Of a DNA stretch of 64,000 bases, positions 38,075 through 50,184 are shown piece by piece (positions within the stretch are counted from its first letter, which is position 1; each line of letters opens with the position of its first letter). The position numbers and the translations under genes were made by a program. The notes under the pieces were generated by a model. That model had not been told where the DNA came from. It made no database searches and saw only the letters and a list, made by a program, of their open reading frames with translations. Origin of the DNA: Octopus sinensis (taxonomy: Eukaryota); assembly GCF_006345805.1 (NCBI RefSeq), contig NC_043008.1, forward strand, positions 5,890,001-5,954,000, read 5' to 3'.

Positions 38075-38400
38075 TAGGGATTAGAATTTTTCAGCATTAA
38101 ACTGCATATTATTATCCTCAGTCCATCTGTAAATTGAGTCCCACTCCTGCTGCAGGTGTGCAACACCGCTGGGGTTCTGTATTTTCACCGAGACTTTCGT
38201 ATCGTCTGCGTAGCTAGTAAGGGTGGCTATCTGGGCAGCTGAGGGCATATCTGAGAGGGCCACTATGAAAAGCAGTGGTCCCAAGACAGTGCCCTGTGGA
38301 AAACCGCTCACTATTTGTGTTTTCATTGAGGTGGCTTCACTGGCCACTACTGCCCGACTTCAATCTTTCAGAAAGTCATGTAACCACTCTCCAAGTTTTC

Positions 38401-38402
<2 letters not shown>
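38075..38402 (-). mobile_element. CR1/L2-type LINE reverse transcriptase fragment
   Basis: GKLGEWLHDFLK..SGFPQGTVLGPLLF..YADDTK..DSIYRWTEDNNMQFNAEKF. Confidence 0.88.
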
Positions 38403-38435
<33 letters not shown>

Positions 38436-39042
38436 TATATATAGTTGGAATTTACAAAAAAAGACGAAGGCGGGTGTGTAGCATGTATGTATATGCATAC
38501 ATATGTATATCTGTGTGCATGTGCGTATTTTTTGTTTCTATGCATCTGTATAGATGCATTGTCTGTATGCATCTATATATTATGTAAACACTTTGAATGC
38601 AAAGGCGTCAGTGTAAATACGAAGGAAAATTGAATAGTTGATCCTGGAGGTAGAGTGTCAAATTATATTAAACTCAAACGGGAAACTTCGTGACTGATTT
38701 CTGGGATTGAAATCCCTGAACAAAATATGGGAAATTAAAGAAAAGAATATTCAGAAAACGTGAATTATATTAAAAAAAACATTTGTGTGGATGCATGTGT
38801 AAAAATACAATCAAGTAAAGAAATTCAAATTATATATCAACTCTTGTTTTTTAAAATCAAAGATGGCGGCCAACCCTTCGCACGTGTAATTATCGCTCGT
38901 GGAAAAAGCCTTGAGAATATTTGCAAAAAATGTGCTGAGTATGATATCGATAATATTTTCTGATTGAGTCATATTTAGTTGCAAGTATTAACACATTCAA
39001 TCGATAGAATTCGTGCTCAACTCTCCAAATCTTGCTGTTTCT

Positions 39043-39180
39043 AAAAATTCTTTTATCGAATTAACGTGGTGAGAAGGAAAACAGTTTCAAAAATTCCTTC
39101 ATCGAATTACCGTGGTGAGAAAGAAAACAGTTTCAAAAATTCCTTCATAGAATTCACACAGTGAAAAGGAAAATAATTAC
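39043..39180. repeat. 46-bp tandem repeat, three copies
   Basis: aaaaattc.tt.atcgaatta.cgtggtgagaa.gaaaacagtttc at 39043 and 39089, with a diverged copy at 39135. Confidence 0.9.
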
Positions 39181-39251
39181 AAATTTCACTGGGAAATGTA
39201 ATAGCTTAATTGTTTAACAAAAATATTGGACGGACATAAGTAATAGACATC

Positions 39252-39276
39252 ATGAAGAGATTTTATGCGACCAAAG
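39252..39276 (+). CDS. Candidate first coding exon (MKRFYATK+G)
   Basis: gacatcATG start and strong AAAG|gtaagg donor inside the CpG-rich segment. Confidence 0.2.
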
Positions 39277-39645
39277 GTAAGGTATTTTAAATTTGACGAA
39301 GTAGACCTTTCATGTTTGTTTACATTAGCGTTGCTTCCACACGGACAGGTGATAAAATCCGGCAAGACTTTGCGCTGTATAGCATTTTGCTTCAGTCTCT
39401 GCTGCTGTCTGTTTCAGTGCCCAAACTGATTAATTAATTAATCGCTTCGTTTAATTTCTTTCGATTTCTCTTTTCACCATCTCTTTACGACATAAAATAG
39501 TCAAATGTAAAAATATAATTTCCCCTTTGCTCTCAGTGTTTCTACCTGTCTGTCTGTCTCTCATGCACGTACACACACACACACTCTCTCTCTCCCAGTT
39601 GTGCGTATGTGTACTTGGGACTTATTCCTATAGACAGATCAGATC

Positions 39646-39708
<63 letters not shown>

Positions 39709-39710
39709 CT

Positions 39711-41549
39711 GTGCAAGCCATGTACAGGGACGCTGTCAGTAAGGTGAGGGTTGGCAACGAGTACAGTGAAGAATTCTGGGTAGAGGTAGGGGTCCACCAA
39801 GGTTCAGTCCTCAGCCCCCTCCTATTTATCATAGTCCTCCAGGCAATAACAGAGGAATTCAAGACAGGATGCCCCTGGGAGCTCTTCTATGCTGACGAAC
39901 TTGCTCTAATTGCTGAGTCACTTTCAGAACTAGAGAAGTTTCAGGTGTGGAAACAAGTATTAGAATCGAAGTGCCTTAGAGTCAACCTAGCTAAAACCAA
40001 AGTCCTAATAAGTAGGAAGGCAGGCAAACCACAAACCCCTTCAGGTAGATGGCCCTGCTCGATCTGTAGAAAAGGTGTAGGTAGAAACTCTATAAGATGT
40101 ACCCAGTGTAAGCTATGGACACATAAGAGGCGCAGTAAGTAATATCAAAGAAAGGCTAACTGGGAAGATAATTTTTGTATGTGGCAGATGATCAGGAGCA
40201 ATAAACACTGAAAATGTGCAGAGAACAACTTCTGCCACATTCCAGGGAAAAAACTAGAAGTAGTTGATAGCTTCCATTACCTAGGTGATCAAGTCAGTAG
40301 CGGGGAGGGTGCGCTGAAAGTGTAGATGCCAGAATAAGAATAGCCTGGGCAAAGTTCAGAGAGCTTTTACTTCTGCTGATGACAAAGGGCCTCTCATTCA
40401 GAGTAAAAGGCAGACTGTATGACGCATGTGTATGAACAGCCATGCTACAAAGCAGTGAAACATGGGCCGTCACTGCTGAGGACATGCGTAAGCTCACAAG
40501 GAATGAAGCCAGTATGATCCGATGGATGTGTAATGTCAGTGTGCATGCTTGACAGAGTGTAAGTACCTTGAGAGAAAAGTTGGACCTAAGAAGCATCAGA
40601 TGTAGTGTGCAAGAGAGACGACTGCACTGGTATGGTTATGTCATGAGAGTGGATGAGGAAAGCTGTGTGAAAAAGTGCCACACCCTAGCTGTTGAGAGAA
40701 CCTGTGGAAGAGTTAAACCCAGGAAGACCTAGGATGAAGTGGTGAAGCAAGACCTTCGAACATTTGGCCTCACCGAGGCAATGACTAGTGACCGAGACCT
40801 TTGGAAATATGCTGTGCTTGAGAAGACTCGGCAAGCCAAGTGAGACCATAACCCCGTGGCCCATGCCAGGGGTGTAACCAGCCCACTTATGCATACCTTT
40901 CCTTCATTGGACTCTAAACTCTGCTTGCAAAAACCTGTTGAGGCTTGTGAAATCGAAATCAAATTCGATGACTGGCATCCATGCTAGTGGAGTGCTAAGA
41001 GCACCATCCGAGCGTGTTCGTTGCCAGAGCAGCTAACTGGATTCTGTGCCGGTGACATGTAAAATGCACCATTCGAGTGTGATCGTTACCAGTGAGTTCA
41101 TGGCTCACAGGACGGCCTGCTGTGCTTACCTTGGATTGTAGGGCGACCTGCTGTGCTTGAGGAGACCTATTGAGTCAAGTACATCAACATCAAAATAAAA
41201 ATCAAATGGATATTGTAGTTGTGATACCCATGCTAGTGGCACATAAAAAGCACCATCCAAATGTGACTAATGCCAGCACAAGCCTGACTGGCATCTGTAT
41301 CGGTGATACATAAAAAGCACCAACCAATCATGGCTGTTTGTCAGCCTCCTCTGGCCCCTGTGCCGGTGGCACATAAAAAACACCCACTACACTCATGGAG
41401 TGGTCGGCGTTAGGAAGGGCATCCAGCTGTAGAAACACTGCCAGATCAGACTGGAGCCTGGTGCAGCCTCCTAGCTTCCCAGACCCCGGTCGAACCGTCC
41501 AAACCATGCTAGCATGGAGAACGGATGTTAAACGATGATGATGATGATG
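39711..41549 (+). mobile_element. 5'-truncated RTE-clade LINE, copy B
   Basis: AMYRDAVSKVRVG..GVHQGSVLSPLLF..LFYADELALIAES..RWPCSICRKGVGRNSIRCTQCKLWTHK. 3' UTR and (GAT)n tail. Confidence 0.94.
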
Positions 41550-42479
41550 AATAAAATGGTGTGCATAGTCTCCAACAGCTGTTTCTAGAATATCACAATT
41601 ATTGGAACATTGTGTCGAGTAAGGATGAGTAATGTTCCTCCATTGTTACATCTATTTAACCTCCCTCCCTCCAATGACAGAATACTCAGCCTGTGGTGTC
41701 TTCATTTGACTCATTGTTCCAATAATTTGGATATTGTAGAAACAGCTGTTAGCCTATGCACACCTTTTTATTATATGGCTAAATTAAATATCCGTCTCAA
41801 GTCTTGCCAAACTGATTGCCTCTTCATTTCTGATTTTAATCTGTCTGTCTGTCTGTCCAGTCCAGTCCATGCCAGCATATGTTGTTTGTGAGTGTGTTAC
41901 TGTCTCCTTGCTTTCATGTGATAGTTGTAAATGAGTGTCATCATCATGTAGGGAGTGTCCATCACTTTTAATCTTCCCTGTAAACATCTGGTCATGGGAA
42001 AATATCACTGTACTTGGAAACAGGTGAAGGTTGGCAACAGAAAAGGCATCCGGCAATAAAAAGTCTGCCTCAACAAATTTCAGCCAACCTATCCAAACAT
42101 GGTAAGGTAAACTTTAGAACAACAAGGATGGTCTGTATGTGCGTGTGTGTGTGTATGTATATATATATACCCTGGAACATGGGTCTGAAATTAGAAATTT
42201 TATATTAAATGCCCAAAGTTATATCAAAAGTAAGTAATTTGGTCTAAAACTATATTTTTGATTTTGTCTATTTTTTTCTTCTAGATATTGAACCATTGGA
42301 TCAATTATTCAGTGAGTACATCTCTATGTTGTATGTATTTGAATCAAATTGTACTTGGACATAACTTTGATTTTTTAAAAAAAATGTTTGAAACGTTTGG
42401 CCATGACTGTATGTATGTATATATATATATACATATATATATGTTTGTATATATTTTCCATGATAAATCGCTAGCCACT

Positions 42480-42645
42480 AAACCTTTTTCTATTTTCTCT
42501 CCTTGTTTCTTTCTGTGTTCCTTTCTGTTGAAGAGCGTAGGCTCGAAATGTAAAAGACTTTCTCACTTCCCGAGTATTAAACTAATACATCTGTTTGTTG
42601 TTTACACACATGTCTTCGTCTTTTGTGTTTTTGTAAATTCTCGCT
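42480..42645 (+). mobile_element. Short PLE-pLTR-like repeat with a variant hammerhead (42521-42556)
   Basis: CTTT-CTGTTGA-A-GAGC-gtag-GCTC-GAAATGT-A-AAAG. Sister of 9697-9870. Followed by (TA)n. Confidence 0.65.
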
Positions 42646-43209
42646 ATATATATATATATATATGATAATAATAGTAGTAATAATAAATGACAACAAAAGA
42701 ATATATATATCTGAGTGGTGTGCACTGAAGGCATGCATGTCATTCACTGCTTGACCATTTATTTCTATATGCCATCTTAGTGTTAAAACAGGCACTTTAC
42801 TAATTTACTAAGAATTTCAGTTAAGCTGAAACAAAGCAAACTTGAGCAACACACAGTCAACAGCAATGCCTGCTGGGTTCAGCAACTCCACATTGATGAG
42901 GGGCAAATACTCCGAAACCAGTCCATGGATGTTGAACCAGCAAGGGGAAGCTGATGACCTCCTCTGTTTGATGGTTGTAATGGACACAGATTTGTGTGCC
43001 ATAAAGCTAGCTAGAGGCAATGGCCTCTCGGAGCTAATCAACGACAGCATTTGTCATATTTCTCTGGACTGCCACATTTAGCTTGGCAATAAATATTAAT
43101 ACCCAGTACTGCTGCTGTAGTCTCCTTTAGAGAGATTTAGAAATAATAATATTTCTATCAAACTAATTATTATCTGTATAAATATAAACACATAGAAATA
43201 TAAAAGTAC

Positions 43210-43628
43210 ATTAAATCGAAATCAAATTCGATGACTGGCATCCGTTGCTAGTGGAGCACTATGAGTACCATATGAGTGAGATTGTTGCCAGAGCAACAAG
43301 CTGGCCTCCATGCCGATGGCACATAAAAAACACCATTTGAGCGTGATTGTTACCTGCGTCGCCTTACTGGCACTTGTGCTGGTGGCACATTAAAAAACAT
43401 TCTAGCATGGCTGTTGTCAGTACCGCCTGACTGGCCCTTGTGCCGGTGGCATGTAAAAGCGTCCACTACATTCTTGGAGTGGTTGGCATTAGGAAGGGCA
43501 TCCATCTGTAGAAACTCTGCCAGATCAGATTGGAGCCTGGTGGAGACATCTGGTTTGCCAGTCCTCACTCAAATCGTCCAAACCATGCTAGCATGGAAAG
43601 CGGACATTAAACGATGATGATGATGATG
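43210..43628 (+). mobile_element. RTE LINE 3' UTR fragment
   Basis: aaatcgaaatcaaattcgatgactggcatcc .. ggacattaaacgatgatgatg. Confidence 0.9.
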
Positions 43629-43760
43629 AATGTCGAATTATCCAAATTATTCAGCTGCAGTATTGTCCAACAAAAATCAAAATTCATTTTGAAATTCAAA
43701 ATGAATGAATGCTGTCTGATCTTAGAGCATATTACCTCCAAAATGGCAAAGTCCTAGTAG

Positions 43761-43985
43761 TACAAAGGGGTTGTTGAAAAGTTCCTGGTTTTAAATATAT
43801 TGTTAAAGGCCTGGTTGGAGACCCAACCATCTTCTGAGTTCTTTTACAGGGCTTAGAAAAACTGAAGGAGAGTTGCAATACATGTGTGAATCAGAGGGGA
43901 ATATGTTGGATAAAATCATAATTAACTGATCCTCCTGCATTTTCTTTTACCCAAAGCCAAGGACTTTTCAGCACCCCCTTGAGTA
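43761..43985 (+). mobile_element. Mariner-derived MITE
   Basis: TIRs (ta)caaaggggttgttgaaaagttcctgg and ccaaggacttttcagcacccccttgagta. Internal remnant resembling the mariner C-terminus (C.xCVNxRGxYV). Confidence 0.75.
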
Positions 43986-44817
43986 TGTGGTTGTTGTCTC
44001 TTGGTTCTAAGAAAGCTGCTGGTTCTGCAATTTCTTGCTCAGATGATTTGATTATATGCCCTGCACATTAGCTTACTCTTTCCATTGTGCCACATGTCAG
44101 ATGTTGAAGTGATTGAAAAACGATGTGAGATGAAGTGTTTTGCTCAAGAACACAATGCACTACCCAATCCAGGAATCAAACCCTTGATCTTGCAATCCTG
44201 AATGCAACATCTTAACCATTAGGTCATGTGCCCTCTCACACCTGACTGTGTCTATTTTCTGTTAATTGATAAAATACAGCAGAAATTCAATGAGGTTGGG
44301 CTTTTTTTTTGTTTACAAAATAAGTATAAGTTTGCTTTGCTTCTTTCTTCAACCATTCTGTATAATCCAAACTTATTATCTATTTCTGATAACTGCATTC
44401 CTATGGCTTTGGATGTGTTGGTGTAGATATATTGGTATAATGATAAACTATTTTTGCAGAAATATTTTATGATATTTACTTTATTACACAGTTACTTGCC
44501 AGTAGTGTATAGTGGTGTACTAGAAGAAAATATAGTTCATAGTTAAATTAATGGCAGAGGAGGTTAGCTTAGTGTAAGGTACAAGAATACTGCTTTGTCC
44601 AGAATAGTTGGAGTTTCTTATAACTCAAGGCTGAGCTGCAATCAAGGAAACTTGTCTGTTTAAAGGGTTTGTTGTCTGTGTGTGCAACCTATGTTTGCCT
44701 CTGATTTGTTTTTGACTGAGAAATTGTTGGTTATAGGATAGAAATTGATTCATATATGTAATATATGTATACAGTGTATATGTAGGTTTATATATGTGTT
44801 AGTATACATGTGTGTGC

Positions 44818-44886
<69 letters not shown>

Positions 44887-44892
44887 ATTATA

Positions 44893-45092
44893 TCCCCTGG
44901 CACCTGTGCCAGTGGCACGTAAAAAGCACCCACTACACTCACGGAGTGGTTGGTGGTAGGAAGGACATCCAGCTGTAGAAGCACTGCCAGATCAGACTGG
45001 AGCCTGGTGCAGCCTCCTGGCTTCCCAGACCCCGGTTGAACCATCCAACCCATGCTAGCATGGAAAATGGACGTTAAACAATGATGATGACG
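44893..45092 (+). mobile_element. RTE LINE 3' tail
   Basis: gcacgtaaaaagcacccactacactcacggagtgg..gacgttaaacaatgatgatg. Confidence 0.9.
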
Positions 45093-45249
45093 ATATTTAT
45101 GTGTGGCCAGACGTGAGGATATTGTGTTTATGGTGCATACATGGAGAAGTGCAGTGACAATGGAGAGATTGTTTTAACCCTTTTAGCATTCTGTCAGAAG
45201 TAATGCTTATTTAATCATATTGTTTTGAATAAATCATGCATTATCTTAA

Positions 45250-45612
45250 TAGTGTTTCTCAACCGTTTTGCCCTTGCATAACCCTTAAAATAAATTACAT
45301 GTCTCAAGGAACCCCTGCACAAGCAAAATTATATACTATATCTTTCTCATATATTTTTCATCATAGTTCACATAGTATTATCTATCTATCTATCTATCTA
45401 TATATATGGTGGTTATATTTTTTAATAACATAATAGGTTAGATAAGATGATGTCTATATTACAATATTACAATAACCAATAACATGTTGTGCATGTATAG
45501 TAATACTACGATCATGAAATTAGCATTAGCTTATCTCACTTTTTCTCATGGAACTCCAAGGAATCTTTTGCAGATCCCTTGGGATCCAAGGAATCCCGGT
45601 TGAGAAACACTG
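45250..45612. mobile_element. hAT (Charlie-like) MITE
   Basis: TIRs tagtgtttctcaaccg / cggttgagaaacactg (15/16 match). 8-bp TSD not recognisable. Confidence 0.75.
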
Positions 45613-47116
45613 CCTTATAGCTTCATTGGAGCACTCAACAATGAGTTTTCAGCATCTTATAGCAGAAACGCCTGTAAGCTAATGAAGCTCATAGGATAAT
45701 CATTTATTCCTTTGTTTTCTCATTTCCTTACTACTGCTCTATACTCGTCCAACACTTCGTACAGAAGCATATTGCATATTAAGTTCTGCAATTTGACAAA
45801 CTTAAACCATAAAACCTTGAATCACAGGGATTTTGGAAGTCAGAATCTTGCATATTTCAAAACTGTATTTGAAGTTAAAATTACAAGTTGGAAGTACCTC
45901 AGCAATCAGTCTCTGTTGCCTGTTTAGTAACCTTCTTCCTGCTAGTACAATCATCACTGTTGCTATAATAACAGTGAAGATTAACCGTATCAAGATTATC
46001 AGGAGATAAAGCTGTAACATTTCTTAAAGACTTGTTTGAAACTATCTTTTGATCCATTAACCTAGGTTTCGCTTTATAATCCTCTCTCATTCTCTGATAA
46101 GCTTATCTTGTTTAATGTCATCAATTAATGTCAGATTGCGACCATACTGACTCAGAGAAATGTTTCATGTTCATTAACAAAGCCATTATCAATAACGAAG
46201 GAGATTCTCAATAAATATTTTAGCTGTTTAACATTTCAGCTCCATTTCCTTCAGTCTATCGAACTATTAGCATATATTAGGTTGATGACATCATCATAAT
46301 TATCATCATCATTGTTGTTGCCATTAGTGTCGTCTGTATTTTTCTCAAAGTCATCATCATCGTCAATTATATCATTACTGCCATTTTAACAATTGTGTTT
46401 ATCATTTAACAATTTCATTGCAAAGGCGTTTTTGTTAGATTTATTTGATGTCAACTTCATTAATTTCAGCTTGGGTTCATAAAGATTGGATATTTCCATT
46501 AGAGTTTAGTGACAAAAAATAGTCACAAGTCATTCTTCATTAAGTATCTTTCTAGGTTAAAGTCTCTGGCAAAAGATTAATAAATCATAGCAACGGTGGA
46601 ATTCCAACAGCTGGTTTAAATTCCACCAATGTTTCATTTAGAGTTTGACAAATGAAGCTGGATCAATAACAATATTGTGTTATAAGAATCTACTTCATCT
46701 GAAATGTGTTAAGAATTTCTAGATGTCAAAATGAAGGGGTGAAACAGGAAGTGGCCCAGCTACAGCAACCATCACTTACTTTACAAAAGAGCCACTCTAA
46801 ACTGAACTCTTTAATGAGAAATAGTAAGTAGTGAATTGAAGTGCCATATATATATATATATATATATATGAAAAACGGTGACCATAGAAGAAACATGGTA
46901 GAAAGATAATTAAATATAAAGTGTAGCATAATTCCAGAGCCGTTTCCATGAGTGGTAAATAAATAAAATTTGCGAAGGTTTTAAGTGAAGATTGTAAACA
47001 TTTATTTGCAGTCAATGAGTTGTTTTGGAATGCAGGGGTGGGGGAGCTCTAAACAGTGATTTCTGACTGAAGGATAAATAGAAAAATCATCATAATCATC
47101 ATCATCATCATCATCT

Positions 47117-47990
47117 GTTTCTTTACTACCCACAAGGGGCTAAACACAGAGGGGACAAACAAAGACGGACAAACGGATTAAGTTGATTATATCGACCCCA
47201 GTGCATAACTGGTACTTATTTAATCGACCCCCAAAAGGATGAAAGGCAAAGTCGACCTCGGCGGAATCTGAACTCAGAACGTAACGGCAGCCGAAATACA
47301 GCTACGCATTTCGCCCGGTGTGCTAATGTTTCTGCCAGCTTGCCACCTTTACATCATCATCACCATCATCATCATCTTTTAACATCCCTCTTCCATGCGG
47401 GCATGAGCTGGTTTGCATAAATACATAAATGCTACCTGTGCCATGTAAAAAGCACTGGTGCTGGTGTCACATAAAAAGCACCCAGTGCCACTCTGTAAGG
47501 TGGCTGACGTTAAGAAGGGCCTCCAGCTGTAAAAACCATACCAAAACAGACAAAGGAGCTGGGAGTGGCCCCTGACCTTACCAGCTCCTGTCAAACCATC
47601 AATCCCTTGCTGGTATGGAAAATTAACATTAAATGATGATGATGATGATAATAAATATATATAAATGATGATAAATATATATAAATATAAAGTACCGTCC
47701 GAATGTGGCAGATGCCAGATAAAAATCAAATGGAAATTGTAGTTACGACACCCGTGCTGGTGACACATAAAAAGTACCGTCCGAACGTGGCAGATGCCAG
47801 CGCCACCTGACTGGCTTCTGTGTCGGTGACACGTAAAAGACACCCGTTAGGAAGGGCATCCAGCTGTAGAAACACTGCCAAATCAGACTAGAGCCTGGTG
47901 CAGCCTCCATGGCTTACCAGACCCTGGTTGAACCGTCCAACCCATGCTAGCATGGAAAACGGGTTTTAAATGATGATGATGATGATGATT
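47117..47990. mobile_element. Nest of a Meta-type SINE (minus, 47117-47350) and three RTE tails (minus about 47352-47470; plus about 47470-47648 and 47695-47990)
   Basis: Family-diagnostic strings and (ATC)n/(GAT)n tails. Confidence 0.8.
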
Positions 47991-49001
47991 TATGCATTTA
48001 GGAAAAATAAAGAATGATTTATAATTGATAAGAGATAATTGTTATTTAAATAATATTTTTCAAAAGAAATATCATTTTATGACTTTGACAATGTCCTGGT
48101 GGACTGAATAGTTGGCTCTATCTTATTTAGTTGTTGTTGAGGCACTGCAAGGCTTGAATTATGTAAAGGTCAGTAAAACAAGAAGCAGAAGTATGTTACA
48201 ATCATTTCATTTGATTACCTCTTTCACCTTAAAAAATTAGCTTTAAGCCTTGTCCACAGAAATCGATATCAATGAATTCTGCCTTCAATTAATATATTCA
48301 TCTAAAGTGGATTAACCTTTGAGAAGAGCCTGAAGAAAAATATTAAACAATGAACTGTGATATGTGAATTTAATGAAGTGAGTGCAACAACATTTGGAGT
48401 TGCGATTCTACAGCTGGAATTTTTTGGTAGCAACTCACTGCTTGACCTATGGCTGTTGATGTGTAGATTGTATAAAAAGTCTACCGAGAAGAATGATTCT
48501 GAGAGAAAGACCTGAGAGAACAAAACAAATATGCCTCTGTGGTTATACGTTCTGATTGAGGAATTCTTCTAATAACAGGAAGTAATTAGCTCAAAACTTT
48601 GGAATCGGTTAATAACTGTAATTTTCAAATCCTTCATTTCATTGGTAGGAAGGATAGGTTTAGACTTCTTTCACTGTCAATTACTGATACTCGTTACTAT
48701 AACATTATTTATCCAATCGAAAAGAAGTAAATAACGGACATTTAGTGCCATCAGTGGTTCATGTAAAGTCTTTGTTATTGGAATAACTCTGATAGTTATA
48801 GAGGTGATGTTTGGTCTTTCTTGTTGGGTTGAGTTAAGCAAATATAAAGTAAGTCATCATTTCTCTCAGTTTTACAAACTGACATCTGACACTGCTTCAT
48901 CCCTTTCTATTATAAATTTAATAGTTTTACTGAACTAGAGCCTTGTGGTTTGGAAGCAAACTTCTTACCAAAAGCCACACATGCTTGTGTGCACCTTCTC
49001 T

Positions 49002-49057
<56 letters not shown>

Positions 49058-49073
49058 GATTCAGTTGAATATG

Positions 49074-49319
49074 GTACTTATGTTAAAGGCACCAGAATTT
49101 AGTATGGTATTATCCATATAATTCAAAATGGGGTGATTATAATCAAAATAAGCAACAAGGATATCCAGAGGTAATGCAGTACGATCGTTTCATGCGACTC
49201 CATTTAATTGAACAATGCAAATATTACATCAATATGTAATATTTGCATTGTTCAATTAAATGGAGTCACATGAAACGATCGTACTGCATTACCTCTGGAT
49301 ATCCTTGTTGCTTATTTTG

Positions 49320-49325
<6 letters not shown>
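49074..49325. mobile_element. Foldback element, copy 2: 92-bp arms with a 4-nt loop
   Basis: 49138-49229 is the reverse complement of 49234-49325 with one mismatch. Leader similar to 25500-25567. TA tracts nearby on both sides. Confidence 0.95.
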
Positions 49326-49354
<29 letters not shown>

Positions 49355-49487
49355 CGGTATTCCATCTGTCTTTACGTTCTGAGTTCAAATTACGCTGAGG
49401 TCGAGTTTGGATTTCATCCTGGGGTCGATCTAATCGACTGGCCCCCTCGCCCCAAATTTCAGGCCTTGTGCCTAGCATAGAAAAGAA
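49355..49487 (+). mobile_element. Meta-type SINE, internally deleted
   Basis: gttctgagttcaaattacgctgaggtcgagtttg..ggggtcgatctaatcgactgg..ttcaggccttgtgcctag. Confidence 0.8.
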
Positions 49488-50184
49488 AGAAAGGCAAAAA
49501 AATTTTGCTGTCAGCTTTAGTCAACCCTGGTAAAAGAAAAAGAAAAGATATATTATTCCAACTTGAGTCAGTTGGATGTGAAATACAGCCAGAGCTGAAA
49601 CTGCATCAACAATTTATTCCATTTTTATGACACACACATGCTAATGCATAAAATAAAGAACGCTGATCAAAAACAAAAGCCACTAAACCAGCTATTTTAT
49701 GATCTAGCACTGCTGTTTCCCATTTCATTAGCTTAGTTTCTTCCCTTGTAATTTTCTGTTTAATGCGGTCGTCTTTCACTCTGTCACTTAATTTAAATGT
49801 TGACAATGGACACAATATCTCTCAGGGGATTTGAAATATTTTGATAAACTTTTTGGGCACTTTTTCAAGCAACTGATTGGTTTGTTTTTTCAAAGTGGAT
49901 TACATAATAAAATGTAGTTTGAATACTTTACCCCTAATTTTTTTTTTTCTTTTTGCCAGCATCAGTTAAATGATGATTTACAAATCTGGATATTGCATAC
50001 TGTTTGTACAAGGGTTTTGTTTTTGTTTTTGTTTTACAATGGGATTATTTCCCTGCTGTTAACCAAGTTTACTCAAAGTCTCTCACAAATGGTGTGTAAA
50101 CAATATCAAAAGGAATCTAAACCACAACGGAATCAGTCTGCTTGTAGGCTACAGTGGCTGCTATCACTTATTTGCATTGTGGTG

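Larger units (their letters stand above)
38600..39500. promoter_or_regulatory. CpG-retaining, promoter-like segment with a YY1-type motif
   Basis: Roughly 30 CpG in 0.9 kb versus a handful per kb in other unique stretches (by eye). AAGATGGCGGC at 38860-38870, CACGTG nearby. Confidence 0.35.

Noticed and set aside
42842-43081. 79-aa ORF with faint resemblance to a LINE endonuclease (..TD..LARGNGLSELIN..)
   Set aside because: No GDFN or other diagnostic motif. Cannot be assigned.
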